Assembly: GCF_008831285.2 (NCBI RefSeq)
Contig: NC_045138.2
Coordinates: 42,160,001-42,224,000, forward strand
Length of the DNA: 64,000 nt
Direction: 5' to 3'
DNA from: Nymphaea colorata
Taxonomy: Eukaryota
Shown: positions 51,480 through 64,000 of the stretch, one piece after another
Layout: every line of letters starts with the position of its first letter
Numbering within the stretch: position 1 is the stretch's first letter
Program-made: the position numbers and the translations under genes
The notes under the pieces: generated by a model
What the model was told of the DNA's origin: nothing
Seen by the model: only the letters and a program-made list of their open reading frames with translations
Database searches by the model: none

Positions 51480-51842
51480 ATGACTTTTAGGCTTGTAGAA
51501 GAGGATTTTCTCGAGAAGGTAGACTATGATGACTGCTTCTCCTCTATTGCCAATGCATTTTGTGTGGGTATATGAACTTTGGAGCTACAACAAGTGGATG
51601 TAAAAAAACCTTTCTTGAAGCCTTGAAGGAGATCCAAATGAAGAAATTTGTATACATCAACTAGAAGAGTTTGAATTCAAAAGTAAAAGGGATGTCATGT
51701 GTCAATTAATAAAGTTTTGGACTAAAAAGAGCTCCATGGAAATGGTATTTAAGATCTGATTTGTTAGTTTTAGAAAGTGAATAAAATGGAGCCACTATGT
51801 TTGTTGCGCGCGTGGAGGAGTTTGAAAGTTCCATATTCTTTG
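51480..51842 (+). pseudogene. Ty1/Copia RT N-terminal/central fragment
   Basis: VDYDDCFSSI, LELQQVDVKK(PFL), EEICIHQLEEF, CQLIK and LKRAPWKWYLR across frameshifts. It stops just before the expected YVDD. Confidence 0.8.
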
Positions 51843-52082
51843 TGTTAGTCACCCAGGTCATGGATCATAAATGTCTTACGGGTCGGTCCTCAAACTGGAT
51901 TTGGTGTGGCCTTATAAATAAGGCAGGCATTTGTGTGCCTAGACATCTATCAAGTCTTTGAGTCACATTGCCCTCTGGGAGGGATACCCTAGGGAATTAG
52001 GGCTTTGTTAGGTGGGTGTGTGAGTTCTTTTTGTATTAAGGGTGAGGCTTGGTAGCAGCTGCTACCGACTGGTCCCAGAGCC
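51843..52082 (+). mobile_element. 5' LTR (51843-~52068) plus degenerate Met-i PBS (52070-52082), same family as 28121-28351
   Basis: TGTTAGTCACC...GGTAGCAGCTGCTACC is the inverted homologue of 28121-28351. It is followed by TGGTCCCAGAGCC (compare TGGTATCAGAGCC). Confidence 0.75.
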
Positions 52083-52119
52083 AACACTGGTTGACAAAAA
52101 AAAAAAACAAAGAAACGGT

Positions 52120-55100
52120 CCAAGAGTTTGTACTGTCCTTTGCTTTGTTTTGCTATGTACTTCCTTTGTTTATGTTGAGTCTTTGCTTATACTTATTCAC
52201 TTGTAAGGGAGTACCCTCCCACTGGTCTAAGTGTCATATTTTGGGGATTCTATGTTTTGGGTGGTCGTCAGCATTGGAATCCTTGTATATGGCTTCGGTC
52301 ATCCTATGTAAGCAAGTTGAGATTATTTCTCCTTTCTTACCTCTCTCGTGATGTATAAGTTTTTCAAGATGAATACATTGTGAGCTTTTTTTATTCACAC
52401 TCTGTTTTATTTATGCACTTTGCTTTCCAAAACGATCTTTGCGCTCCTTTCGGTGGTTTGAAGGCTGATGACAATTGGGTTCTTCCCGTGCTGCAAGGAC
52501 TGAAGGAGTCAGCCCATGACAACTGGTATCGGAGCCCACATTCGGCTCAATCTGGGGAAGTGGTTGGAGAGTCGGTGTAGAATAATATGCCAACGATCAT
52601 TGATCGAAGAGGATGTTCTGGCAACTCAATACAATCTACGAAGAGCCAAGGGCAAGGGAGTGACCCTATTTGATGAGATGGACACATCCCACGATTTGGA
52701 AGACCTGGCCAAAGTGGTGTACAAGCTGGTTGCCGACATAGCTACTCAAGAAGAAGCATTGGACAATGCAACTAAGTCCTTCGAGGAAATGAGGGACAAA
52801 ATGAAGACCCTACATGAACAAATGGTCAACCTTATGGCAATGAATCGGTCACTTACTGAAACAGTGACCACATTGCAAGCTGAAGTCAAGGAACTTTAAG
52901 CAAAGAACCGCACGCTACAATCAGAAGTTTCTGTAGGTGGAGGTGACGATTGACTAGCAAGAGTCGATGCTCAACGGCCCACAAAATACAATGGAGATTG
53001 GGATAGTCGAGTGATCGACAACTTTTTGTTCTAAGTGGAATATTACTTGGACCTTCACGGTGTTGTGGGAGATGACCTTTAGGTCAAGACCGTTGTCATG
53101 TTACTCGAGGGAGATGTTGTGGCATGGTGGAGACAGAAACGACTAGACATTCAAAAGGGAATCTACACAATAGATACTTTCGATGATTTTCAGCGAGAGT
53201 TGAAGAATTACTTCATGCCCCCGAATGCAAGATGACATGCCTATCGAATGGTCAGTGAATTAAAACATATAGGATCCTTGCGAGTACATGAGGGCCTACC
53301 AAAGGCTCATATTGGATGTACTAGATATGCCAGAACAAGATAAATTGGACTAGTTTATTTTGGGACTTCAGCCATGGGCACAATTCGAAGTGGAAAGGTA
53401 TAGTCCAGAGACCTTGGAGGATGCTTATGTGATAGCAGAGCACTTGGCCGATACCCAATGCAAGAACTACACTAACACCTTCAAGCCTTCAATGACCATG
53501 GAGGAAAAAAGGAGGATCGACAAGAGCATAAAGTTGAATCATCGACCCAACATCAAGTCGAGAAGATTCATTTCTTTCGTAAGAACAACAATTATCAAAA
53601 TAAAGTGTTGAATTGTTGGTTGTAGAGATAGACACTTAGCCATGCAATGTCCAAAGCGTCTAATAAAGGACAATCAGCAAGTCCTTCAAGATAGTATGCT
53701 AATGCGACCCAAGGTGTAGAAGGAGAAGGACCACATATGGGTGCACTTCAACTTCTGAATACTTTGAAAAGGGAGGAAAAGGCAAAGGTGATAACGACAA
53801 CTTTCAATGGACTCATGTACCTAGAGATTTTGATAAATGGAAAGTCTACGATGGCTATGGTAGACACTGGTGCTGTGCACAACTTCGTCTCAGATGAGAC
53901 GAAAATGAGGTTGGGCCTCACCCTTGAGAAGAGAGAGTTACACATGAAGGCGGTGAGCTCAGAGACCAAACTCATCCACGGAGTAGCCCAGGATGCGGTC
54001 GTGAAGATTGAGAGTTGGTCAGGCTAAGCCAACTTCTCGGTGGTCCTGATGGATGATTTTTGGATGATTTTAGGCATGGAACTCCTTAGTGCAATGAAGA
54101 TGGTCTTGATGCCGCACCTGTGTAGTATCAGTATTATGGATGAGAAGTCTCCTTGCATGGTGCTAGCAGTAACGATCAAGAAGGATAAGGGCAAGGCCAC
54201 GATGATATTCGCTCTTCAATTGAAGAAAGGCCTAAAGCATGGTGAAGATACGTACTTGGTGGCAATCAAGGAAGTGACTAATGACTCCCCTGGTTTGGTC
54301 CTAGAGGCGCTTGCTCCTGTCTTAGAGGAATTCGTAGGGACAATGCCTGCGAAACTCCCTAGATGGCTGTTACCTCGACGTGATGTGGATCATGCCATAG
54401 AACTCATTCCTCGTACCAAACCCCCGGTGATGACACCTTATCGGATGGCCCCTATAGAATTGAAGGAACTTCGGCAACAATTGGATGAGATGCTAATTGG
54501 AGGTATAATCAGACCCTCCAAAGCTCCTTTTGGTACACCAGTGTTATTCCAAGCAAAATATGATGGTTCTAAAAGGCTATGTGTAGATTATAGGGCATTG
54601 AACAAGGTAATGGTAAAGAATAAATATCTTTTACCTTTGATTGTGGATCTCTTCGATCAGCTCGGTGGAGCATGAGTCTTTTCCAAGTTAGACCTTCGAT
54701 CAAGTTATTGGCAATTCAGATTGTTGATGGTGACGAGCCGAAGACAACTTGTGTCACTCGCTACGGTGCCTTTAAATTCTTGGTAATGTCGTTCGGGTTG
54801 ACGAATGCTCCTGCAACTTTTTTGACTCTAATGAACAATATATTCTATCTGAACTTAGATAAGTTTGTGGTGATCTACCTTGATGATATTGTCATGCACA
54901 ACAGCTCCATGGGACACCATGTGCAACACCTGCGTACAATATTCAAGGTGTTGAAGGAAAACAAACTATATGTGAAGCGCGAGAAGTGCATATTTGGCCA
55001 ACAAAAAACCAGTTTTCTCGGTCATATTGTGGGAAAAGGTCAGCTATGAATGGACATGGAAAAAGTGAGGGCTATTCAAGATTGGAAACCACCAACTAAT

Positions 55101-57558
55101 GTACCAGAGTTATGTTCTTTTCTCAGTTTGGCAAACTACTGTCGGTGATTCATTGAGGGGTATTCTTTGATAGTTGCACCCCCCACTGATTTGCTGAAGA
55201 AGAACCAAATTTGGGCTTGGGAAAAACTTGAAGAAGATGCTTTTGATTGATTAAAGAGGGCCTTGACGTAGGAGCCTGTGCTCAGGTTACCCAAGCACAC
55301 TGAGAAATTTGAAGTCTAGGATGCATCAGATTTTGCTATTGGCAGAGTGTTAATGCAGGATGGTCACCCGGTGGCCTATGAAAGTAGAAAGCTTAAAGAC
55401 GCGGAGCGTCGGTACTCTGTGCATGAAAGACAAATGACGACCATTATCCACTATCATCGTACATGAAGACATTATTTGTTGGGAGCTTAGTTTGTGGTGA
55501 AGACTGATAACGTAGCCACAAACTACTTCTAGACTCAAAAGAAGTTGAGCCCGAGGTAGGCCCGATGGCAGGAATTCCTTGTGGAATTTGATTTTGTGTT
55601 GGAGTACAAGGCAAAAAGGACAAACATCATAGCCGAAGAGCTAAGTCGGAAGGCAGAACTCGCAGCTACTTGGACAGCATCATCTGAAGCACAACTTGAA
55701 AGTGCTCTTCTCGGGTGGATTCAAGAAGGCATGAAGCAGGACCCTATGGCCAAGCACTTGGTCGAGGCAGTCGAGGCGGAAAAAACACAACGATTCTGGT
55801 TGCATGATGGACTTCTAATTGCAAGGGGCGGATGTGTGTTTGTAGCTAGATGGGGCAACCTTTGGCCAGAGTTGCTGAAGGAACATCATGACTGGTTGTG
55901 GGCTTGCCATCCTGGCCAAGAGCGAACGTTGGTGCTCCTTGAACGTGGTTATTACTGGTCATAGATGAGCGATGCTGTTGAGGCCTACAGCAAGATAAGG
56001 GAACGAATCAGAAGATTGCCGGCCTCTTGGAGCCTCTTCCTATTCCAGAATGTCCATGGGAATGCCTCTCTATGGACTTCATCGTCAGTTTACCCAAGGT
56101 TGATGGCTTCAGCTCCATTCTTGTGGTTGTGGATAGATTCTCAAAGTATGCCATCTTCATCCCAGTCTCTATGGAATGTCCCGTGAAGAGACGGCAAAGT
56201 TATTTGTCAAACATATAGTGAAGCACTGGGGCGTGCCAAAAAGCATTGTAAGTGATCGTGACGCCCGCTTCACAGGAAAGTTTTGGCGTGAAGTATTTCG
56301 TTTGTTGGGTTCAGATTTATTATTCTCAACAAGTTTTCACTCGCAAACTGATGGCCAAACTGAACGGATCAATGATTTGTTGGAACAATACCTTCAGTCT
56401 TATGTCAGTTCGAATCAGAAAAATTAGGTGAAATTGTTGGATGTAGCTCAATTTTGCTACAATTTATAAAAGAGCTAGTCTTCCGGACATAGCCCATTCG
56501 AGATAACCACTAGGCAACAATCGTTGATGCCTCATACCTTTGCAGCCCAAGAGAAGGAATGACTTACTTTCGCCTACCAGTTTGTTCCCGATTGGTAGGA
56601 ACAGACGGAGATGGCTAAGGCGTTCTTACAAAAGGCTGCCAAAAAGATGAAGAAATTTGCATATCAGAATCGAAGGCCAATGAAATTCTGAGTGGGGGAT
56701 CAAGTCCTCATGAAACTTTATCCTGATCACACGGGCATCTTCTGTGGTCGACACAGGTCATTAATCCACAAGTATGAAGGACCCTTTACAGTGCTAAAAA
56801 GAATCGAGAAGCTACCCTATAAGCTGGACTTGCTGCCGGACTTTTAGGTGCATTCAGTGTTCCATGTTTGTAACCTAAAGCCCTTCTACTTTGATGAAGA
56901 AGACCCTAATAGAAGCAACCCAAAACGAGACTCGATCATGCAATGAACCCCGCCGATCAAGCGAGCGGCGGACCAACAGATGAAAGAAATTCTTAGACAC
57001 AAAACAAACTATCTAGGCGAGCCGAAGAAGTACTAAGTGAAGTGGATAGGTGAGCAAAATCCAACTTAGGAGTAAGCATTCCGTATGAAGCAACGCTATT
57101 CGCTAGAAGTCAAAGCCTATCATGAAGCAGCTGACACCGAGGATGACGCATGATTTAAAGGGGGAGCCTGTTCCTCTATGCCCAAGAGTCTGTACTATCC
57201 TTTGCTTTGTTTTGCTATGTACTTCCTTTGCTTATGTTGAGTCTTTGCTTAAGCTTGTTCACTTGTAAGGGAGTACCCTCCTATCGGTCTAAGTATTATG
57301 TTTTGGGGATTCTATGTTTGGGTGGTCGGCATTAGAATCCTTGTATGCGGCTTCGGCCATCCTATGTAAGCAAGTTAAGTTTATTTCTCCTTTCTTACCT
57401 ATCTCGTGATGTATAAGTTTTTCAAGATGATACATTGCAAGTTTTCTTTATGCACTCTGCTTTCCAAAACGATCTTTGTGCCCCTTTTGGTGGTTTGAAG
57501 GTTGACGACAATTAGGTTCTTGCTGTGCCGCACAAACTGAAGGAGTCAGCCCATGATA
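52120..57558 (+). mobile_element. Ty3/Gypsy chromovirus (Galadriel-like), near full length, decayed
   Basis: LTRs at ~52120-52521 (first ~12 nt missing) and 57169-57558; PBS TGGTATCGGAGC at 52524-52535; PPT AAAGGGGGAGCC at 57157-57168; gag-pol between them. Confidence 0.93.
52587..57120 (+). pseudogene. Chromovirus gag-PR-RT-RH-INT-chromodomain with many stops and frameshifts
   Basis: Gag LEGDVVAWWR; protease [44 protein letters not shown]; integrase [31 protein letters not shown]; chromodomain remnant EILRH...Y*VKWIG at ~56985-57070. Confidence 0.92.
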
Positions 57559-57899
57559 GCGAAACACCTTTGCAAAAATGAATTTGACATTAACTAGCAT
57601 GGAGGAGAAGTTACAGAGGATGTTGGCAAATAAGAGGCTGATGAGGGTATTGTTAGAAGAAGTAATATACAACATCAACTACTAGATAACTTTGAAAGAC
57701 CATCCCATTGCTCAGCCTCAAAAGAGCCGAGAAGAGTGGAAGAATGATAAAGGAGAGACACATCAAACCTTAGAACCCTTGTTGTCAATGGATATAGGCA
57801 TGGCAAATCAGTTCATGAACAACCTAATCTATGCAACTCAGTATTAGATGTAGAAAAGAGAGTTTTCTCTATAGATTGCTCCCATTATCCTACTCGTGG

Positions 57900-60500
57900 C
57901 AAAGAGTTACAAGACAAGGTCATGCAAGGCTTCAATGAAACATGGGTGTTTGGAAGGCAGAAAGAGGATTGCACAAAACAACATGGAAGTGGTGTTTTCT
58001 TCTCAAAAGGTACGTTAAGAACAAGAATCACATTCTAAAGATGTAAAATATAGGCAGATTGGAAACATGGAGGCTCTAACAGAGCTCACCACTTCGAAAT
58101 CAGTTGCTGGTTGTTGACGCAGTAAGAGCTGCGTAGGGTAATAGAATGTGGGTATGAAAGACCACAGACGGGTAATGTGGAGGCTTTGTCAACAGCTTGT
58201 TCCTTCAAAACCAACCAGGTATGCCATGGAAACCTCCTTGGATGCACCCAAACCTCTCGATGCCGATAGCAAGAAAGAAATAAGAAAAAGCTGAAGGCAA
58301 GGGAGCTCAAGGGCTGCTGAACTACCCTTTCAAAAAAAGAGGAAGAAGATTATGTGGAAAAGAAAGAGACGAGGAATGACAAAATACTACATTATGACAA
58401 CAATGTCGTTCCATGTTACCATCTACCCATTGTTTTGTAGCATCCCACTTGTTGCCACCATGGTTGAAGTGAAATTCTATGAAGTCCAAGCAAAGAAGTC
58501 TGCACCTCATCAATGTGATTCTATCACAAAGAAAACATGCTGATATATCATGAAGCTGCATCTAATAGTCAGAAAGGCTGCAAGTGGACCTTTGAAATGA
58601 ATATGTTTGGGGCTCCACCTTGCTTGAAAGTTAACAGGAGTGGGTGGAAATTGCTGGACTACTAGATGAAGTACTCAACCCAGTTGCCTACATACGAGCA
58701 TCTAGGTATGCAGGGGGCTTTGGAACATTTGGTACCACCACCACTTGAAATAGGGGAACTGACATGGCTCCCACAACAATTGGTGCAGTCGTCACAACTT
58801 TGTGTAGAATTTTTGCAGAGCAAGGAGATTGAAGGCGGCTTCAACAGAGAAACTCTTGACTTGAATTATAAATATTAGGATCAAAGCTTGAGGATTCATC
58901 CTTTAACTACTGATGAAACTGCTGCAGTGGTAAGGGATGGTATTGAACATCATTTGTGGGACTCATTCACTACGTACAACATCTCTGATAACGAGGTGTC
59001 CCTACTTTCCATCCAAAGATTTTTGTTCATGACAGATGGGTTACCACTAGTCCTTTGGATGTTGTGGGTGGCTGGAGTGACATTCCACCTTCACACCCAA
59101 AGCTTCCTAGTGGTGTTCTGAACATGGCAATAACTTGGATGGATTCTTTCCTAGTAAGTGCAGAAACTGGAGAATAATAGCTAGGAGCATATGGATAAGC
59201 AATGACACTTCCAACCAAGATATTTTTGATAAAGTAGCATCCTTTCTTGCACCATTTGACAAGGCACCCTTTTCGTCTTGTGAAATTTGCACTACTTTCC
59301 AATGGTTTTGCTCTAGGGGAGATGACACTAGGACTTGAAATTTTTACTCAAACTATTGTCACTAGTGGATGCCACTCAGAGACATTGAGTATCTTAGCAA
59401 GTGCTTCGGTGTCACCTTCTTCAAGGATAGGTGCTATAATTTGATGTTTATGGCATGGAACAATGAACGAGAGCCTACCTCAGATAAAGTGGGCCATTGG
59501 TGGTTACCAGTTGTTAATGTTTCTTTTGCAGAAATTGCTCAAGCCATGAGAGGGAATACCTTTTGCATAGACATGATGTCTTGGGAGTCAACGAATGTCC
59601 TTAAACTTGTTGAAGATTTGGGACCCACAAAAACTAAGATAGATACAACACTTGCCCAGATCATCCTCATGTCATTTTGCCCCAAGGTTGTTTTCAGCTG
59701 TTGTTGGATGCCAAAGCAAAAAGGCAGCTTTGGGGCATTTATTGGAGGATATCAGTAAACTACCACCATGTTTCTAAGGATGATCCTGGATGGAAGTTAA
59801 AGCTAAGGAACATTCTTGGATTTCTGCAATCAATACTACATAAAACTATTACTCATTGCAGAGCACACATTGCCATAGTGTTCATATCGAGTTAGGAAGC
59901 ATGAGTTCAGTGCATGGAAGCTACCATGGAACAAACGTTATAGGTATATGGCCAACCATGAGGTGGTTTCTTTGCTATCACTAGGAAAAGGGACATTGTG
60001 CAGTTCACTGTTATAGAGACAGCCTCCCAAATACGGTTCCATACCAACAATTCAAGGCTGCTTTAGAAATCAGATGCCTCCTTAGCATATCATCTCGTCA
60101 GGGGCAGGTCAATATATATTTTATTGGGAAAGTTAGAGATAGTAACTATTATTTTCCTGACAAATGGAACGTACAATGACAACATTTCATATGGTCATGG
60201 GGCACGAGTGTCAACTAAAGAGATGGGGTTAGTGCTGTGAGTTCTACATTTGCAATTTCATGTGAGATGTGAGAGTAAAGGTTTTCATTTACATGCAAGA
60301 GAAGATTCCTTCCTACTTATTTCCGTCAGGGCCATGCGGAATTTACGTGCAGGATCTGCAATTATCAAACAACAGCCAAGGGGCATCTTCTGCATGAAGT
60401 CAATCTGGCAGTAAATTCAAAGGTGGTCTTATAGATGCTATTTCTCTAGAACACATGCATTTGGTGGCTGACAAACAGCTATGTAAGTGTGATGGCATAT
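57900..60500 (+). mobile_element. Strongly decayed L1-type LINE ORF2
   Basis: Ordered loose motifs: EFLQSKEIEGGFNRETLDLNYK (compare EFF...N.T.I.LIPK), ISDN, GLPLVLWMLWV...SFLVV..GNNLDGFFPS (compare GFP..W..WI...FSVL.NG...GFF.S) and KVVFSCCWMPKQKGSFG (compare KV.W...C.PK..GGLG). Boundaries are uncertain. Confidence 0.55.
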
Positions 60501-60589
60501 GGGAGACCTCGAGATTGGGTGGTTATGGGGTGCGAGCAAGGCACATACATCAAAATCTGGGGATCATGTCCTTGGATAGTAATCACTAT

Positions 60590-63200
60590 TTGATCCATAC
60601 AAATTTCGATTCTGGACACTCAGATCTCAAATCATTTTTTTGTCAGATCCACAAACAATGGATTTTCAAATGACTTGCATGAAAAAAATTATCGAGCCAG
60701 TTGCCACTTGCCAAGCAATGGTTTGGCCTAGCATAGCTCAATCACTAATGGGCCTAGCAATCATCCAAAGAGCCCCCATCTTTCTCTTATCAGAATCATG
60801 CAGCGCTAGCTCGGACTGGCCCGATGAACCGCCCAGGGCGTCGTACGTGTATATTTATTTGCCTAGGGGTCTGAGATCCCCTCTGATCTCAAATCATCTT
60901 TTTGCTAAATCCACAAACAGTGGATCTTCATATGAGTGATATGGAAAAAATTATCAGCAATGGTTTTGGCCCGGTAATCAGCCAACCCCAGGCATGGCCC
61001 AACCTAATTACTAATGGGCCCGACAATTATCTAAGCAGCCCCATCTTTTTCTTATGAGAATCAGAATCAGGCAGGGCTAGCCTCAGCTTGCCCGATGCCC
61101 TGACCTATCTATTAATAGCTCTTGTGTGTTTGTTTGCCTGAGAGTTTGAGGTCCCTTCTAATCTCAAATCATCTTTTTGTCGGATCCACAAATAGTGGAT
61201 CTTCAAATGAGTGACATGAAAAAAAATTATCCGACTGCTTTTGGCCTGGTACCTAGCCAACCCTAGGCATGGCCCAACCCAATTACTAATGGATCGGGTA
61301 ATGGGTTAGACAATTATTTAAACATCACCATCTTTTTCTTACGAGAATCGATCAGGGCTAGCTCGGACTGGCCCGATGCCATGCTTTATTTCTTATAGCT
61401 CTTGTGTATTTATTTGCAGGTCTGAGATCACCTCTGATTTCAAATCATCTTTTTGTTGGATCTACAAACAATGGATATTCGTATGAGTGATATGAAAAAA
61501 GTTATCGGGCCAAATGCCAAACAATGGTTTTGGCCTAATACACAGGCTAACCCTAGGCATGACCCAACCCAATTACTAATGAGCAGGGTAATGGGTCTGA
61601 CAATTATCTAAACACTCCCATCTTTTTCTTTTGAGAACCAGGCAGGGTCAGCCTGGCCTGGCCCGATGCCCCACCCTATATGTTAAATAGCTCCTAGATC
61701 CCTCTGATCTGAAAGCATTTTTTTTTTTTTTTTGATCCATAAACACTAAATCTTCATAATACAAGTGATATGAAAAAAATTTATCGGGTCAGGTTCTAAT
61801 CTTTGGTTTTGGCCCGCTACCCAGCCAACACCAGGCATGGCCCAGCCCAGTTACTAATGGACCGGGTAATGGGCCTAGCAATTATCTATGTAGCCCAATC
61901 TTTTCCCAATGATAATTGTGCAGGGCTATCCCAAACTGGCCTAATGCCCCGCCCTATCTATCTGTTTTTAGTTCCTCTGAACATGGGTCTGAGATTCTCT
62001 TTGATTTAAAATCATTTTTTGTTGGATAGATAAACAGTGGATCATCATGAGGGATATGAGAAAATTATCGGGTCTGGTTCCAGGCTAACCCCAAGCTTGA
62101 CCTAGACCAATTACTAATGAACCGGGTAATGGGCCTAGCAATTATCTAAACTGCCCTATCTTTTTCTACTGAGAATCGGGCTGGGCTAGCCCGAACTGGC
62201 CCAATGCCTCGCCCTGTTTGTTAATAGCACAGCACCTGTGTGTTTGTTTGCTTGTGTGTATGGGATCACCTCTGATCTCAAATCATCTCGTTGTTGGATC
62301 TACAAACAATGGATCTTCATATGAGAAAAATTATCGGGCCAGGTGGGGTTTTGCCCTGGTACCAAGTTAACAAAAAGCATGACCCAGCCCAATTAGTAAT
62401 GGGCTTGACAATTATTTAAACAACCCCAATGTTTTTTTTTTTTTTGAGAATCTGGTAGCGCTAGATCGGACTGGCTCAATGCCCTGGGCCTGACTTCCCC
62501 TTTGATCTCAAATCAACTTTTTTGGTTGAACCCACAAACAGTGGATCTTAATGTGAGTAAGAAGGGAAAAAAAAAATGATCGGTTCAGCTGCCAGCCAAT
62601 GGTTTCGGCTCGATTCCCTGCAAACCCCAAGCATGACCCTAGCCCAATTACTAACGGACTGTGTAATTTATCTAAACTCCCTCATCTTTTTCTTACGAGA
62701 ATTGGGTAGGGCTAGACCGAACTGGCCCATTGCCTCACCCAATCTATTTATTAATAGCTCTTGTGTGTATGTTTGCTGAGATCCCCTCTGATCTTAAATC
62801 ATCTTTTTGTTGGATCCACAAACAGTGGAACTTCATATAAGTGACGTGAAAAAAAAAAAAAAGATCGAGCCAAGTGTCAGGCAATGGTTTTGGCTTTGTA
62901 CCTAGCCAACCCAATTACTAATGGACCGACCAGGTAATGGGCCTTGGTAATTATCTAAATAGCCCCATCGTTTTCTTATAACAAACGGCCAGGGCTAGCC
63001 GAGACTGGCCCACCCTATCTGTTAATAGCTCATGTGTGTTTGTTTGCCTGTGGGTTTGAGATCTCCTCTAATCTGAAGTTGTTGGATCCACGAGCAGTAG
63101 ATCTTCATCTGAATGCAATTAGAGCTGGGTGCCAGGTAATGGTTTTGGCCCGCTACCCAGCCAACCCCAGGCATGGCCCAGCCCAATTACCAATGGACCG
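60590..63200 (+). repeat. Tandem array of a ~270-bp repeat, ~10 diverged units
   Basis: A CTCAAATCATC-like anchor recurs near 60625, 60888, 61163, 61439, 61708, 62006, 62277, 62507, 62793 and 63073. Units carry variants of GATCCACAAACAGTGGATC, CAATTACTAATGG and GGCCC motifs. Confidence 0.95.
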
Positions 63201-64000
63201 GCAAGAACTTCCATTAGCTGCATTTCGCCTTAGTCTTGATACCAAATTAATAAACCTTCATTTAAGAGAAAACGAAGTTGACAATAGGGTCGCCGTCTTG
63301 AATTTAGCTGAAAAATGTTAAAAAGGATGTTGCCCCTTGACAAAATTTACTCAGAGGAGTGGAAGGTTCTAAACGGAAAGAAAAAAAAACATGTTTAATA
63401 GTTGAAGAAGAAACTAGTTCATATTTTACAAAGGCTTATGTATGTCATTCTTCGAGCTAAAAACTAATGAAAATCATTGATTTAGCAGAATTCATTTCTG
63501 TAGCCACGAATGATCTCAAGGTATATTTTTGATGTAAAAAGAGGGAAGAGAGAAAATATTTACCACCATTCATTTGGAAAACTTCTTTTATGAAACTATA
63601 GGGAACAAATTTTGAACTAGAAAAAAAATGAAGGCACGGCTGGTTGGATGGCAAAAGACGACAGGAAAAGAGTGCATATTTAATCAGGGGTCCAAAGGGG
63701 ATTTTTATGAAATATTAATGGGCAAAAATGCCATTTTAAAGTAGGAACACATTGCAACATGGTTGGAAATAAATGTCGAGGACTTCTTGAATAATTAATG
63801 AAATGGTTAGAGTAAAAGTACGCTTTGAGTTTATTAGTAATCTGATTTTTTCAAAGTTAATGAGCAAATTTAAAAATTTAAAATAACATGAATGGCAATT
63901 ACTATAATTTGAGAGTGTTATTTGGAAACCACCCAAGTTAATAGAAAGATGGTGGATGTGTGGTTCCTTTAGATGGAGGAAGAAGAGCACTGTTTTTTCT

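Noticed and set aside
52110..57565. TSD for the chromovirus (GAAAC near both ends)
   Set aside because: Not adjacent to the LTR termini, and the 5' LTR lacks its first ~12 nt.
60590..63200. CRISPR-like array (repeats with a palindromic stem)
   Set aside because: Whole ~270-bp units are homologous with no unique spacers, there are no cas genes, and the context is eukaryotic.

Overview
AT-rich, intron-containing flowering-plant nuclear DNA dominated by nested, decayed transposons; the species cannot be fixed from sequence alone. (1) 1-15861: a minus-strand Ty3/Gypsy Ogre/Tat LTR retrotransposon with ~3.84 kb LTRs, PBS, PPT, an extra plant-mobile-domain ORF, gag-protease-G-patch and RT-RH-aRH-integrase (all frameshifted), and a 280-bp near-perfect hairpin in its leader. 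(2) It sits inside an older LTR of the same family (15862-17934). That LTR interrupts a Ty1/Copia element (17935-25061), which also holds a 3.1-kb solo LTR with a GAAGG TSD and which truncates a CDK-like kinase pseudogene. (3) One intact 5-exon host gene (minus strand, 42247-31471, 198 aa, two hydrophobic segments, function unknown). (4) A tandem triplication of a ~2.3-kb non-autonomous CACTA element (43.8-51.4 kb). (5) A decayed chromovirus (52120-57558), a decayed L1 LINE, and a ~270-bp tandem array present in opposite orientations at 28.4-29.4 kb and 60.6-63.2 kb. The most notable inference is a ~34-kb inversion carrying the host gene: it would rejoin a split Copia RT, a split LTR element and the split array. 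No prokaryotic system, CRISPR array, rRNA or tRNA gene is supported. Coordinates were read by eye; boundaries of decayed elements are approximate.
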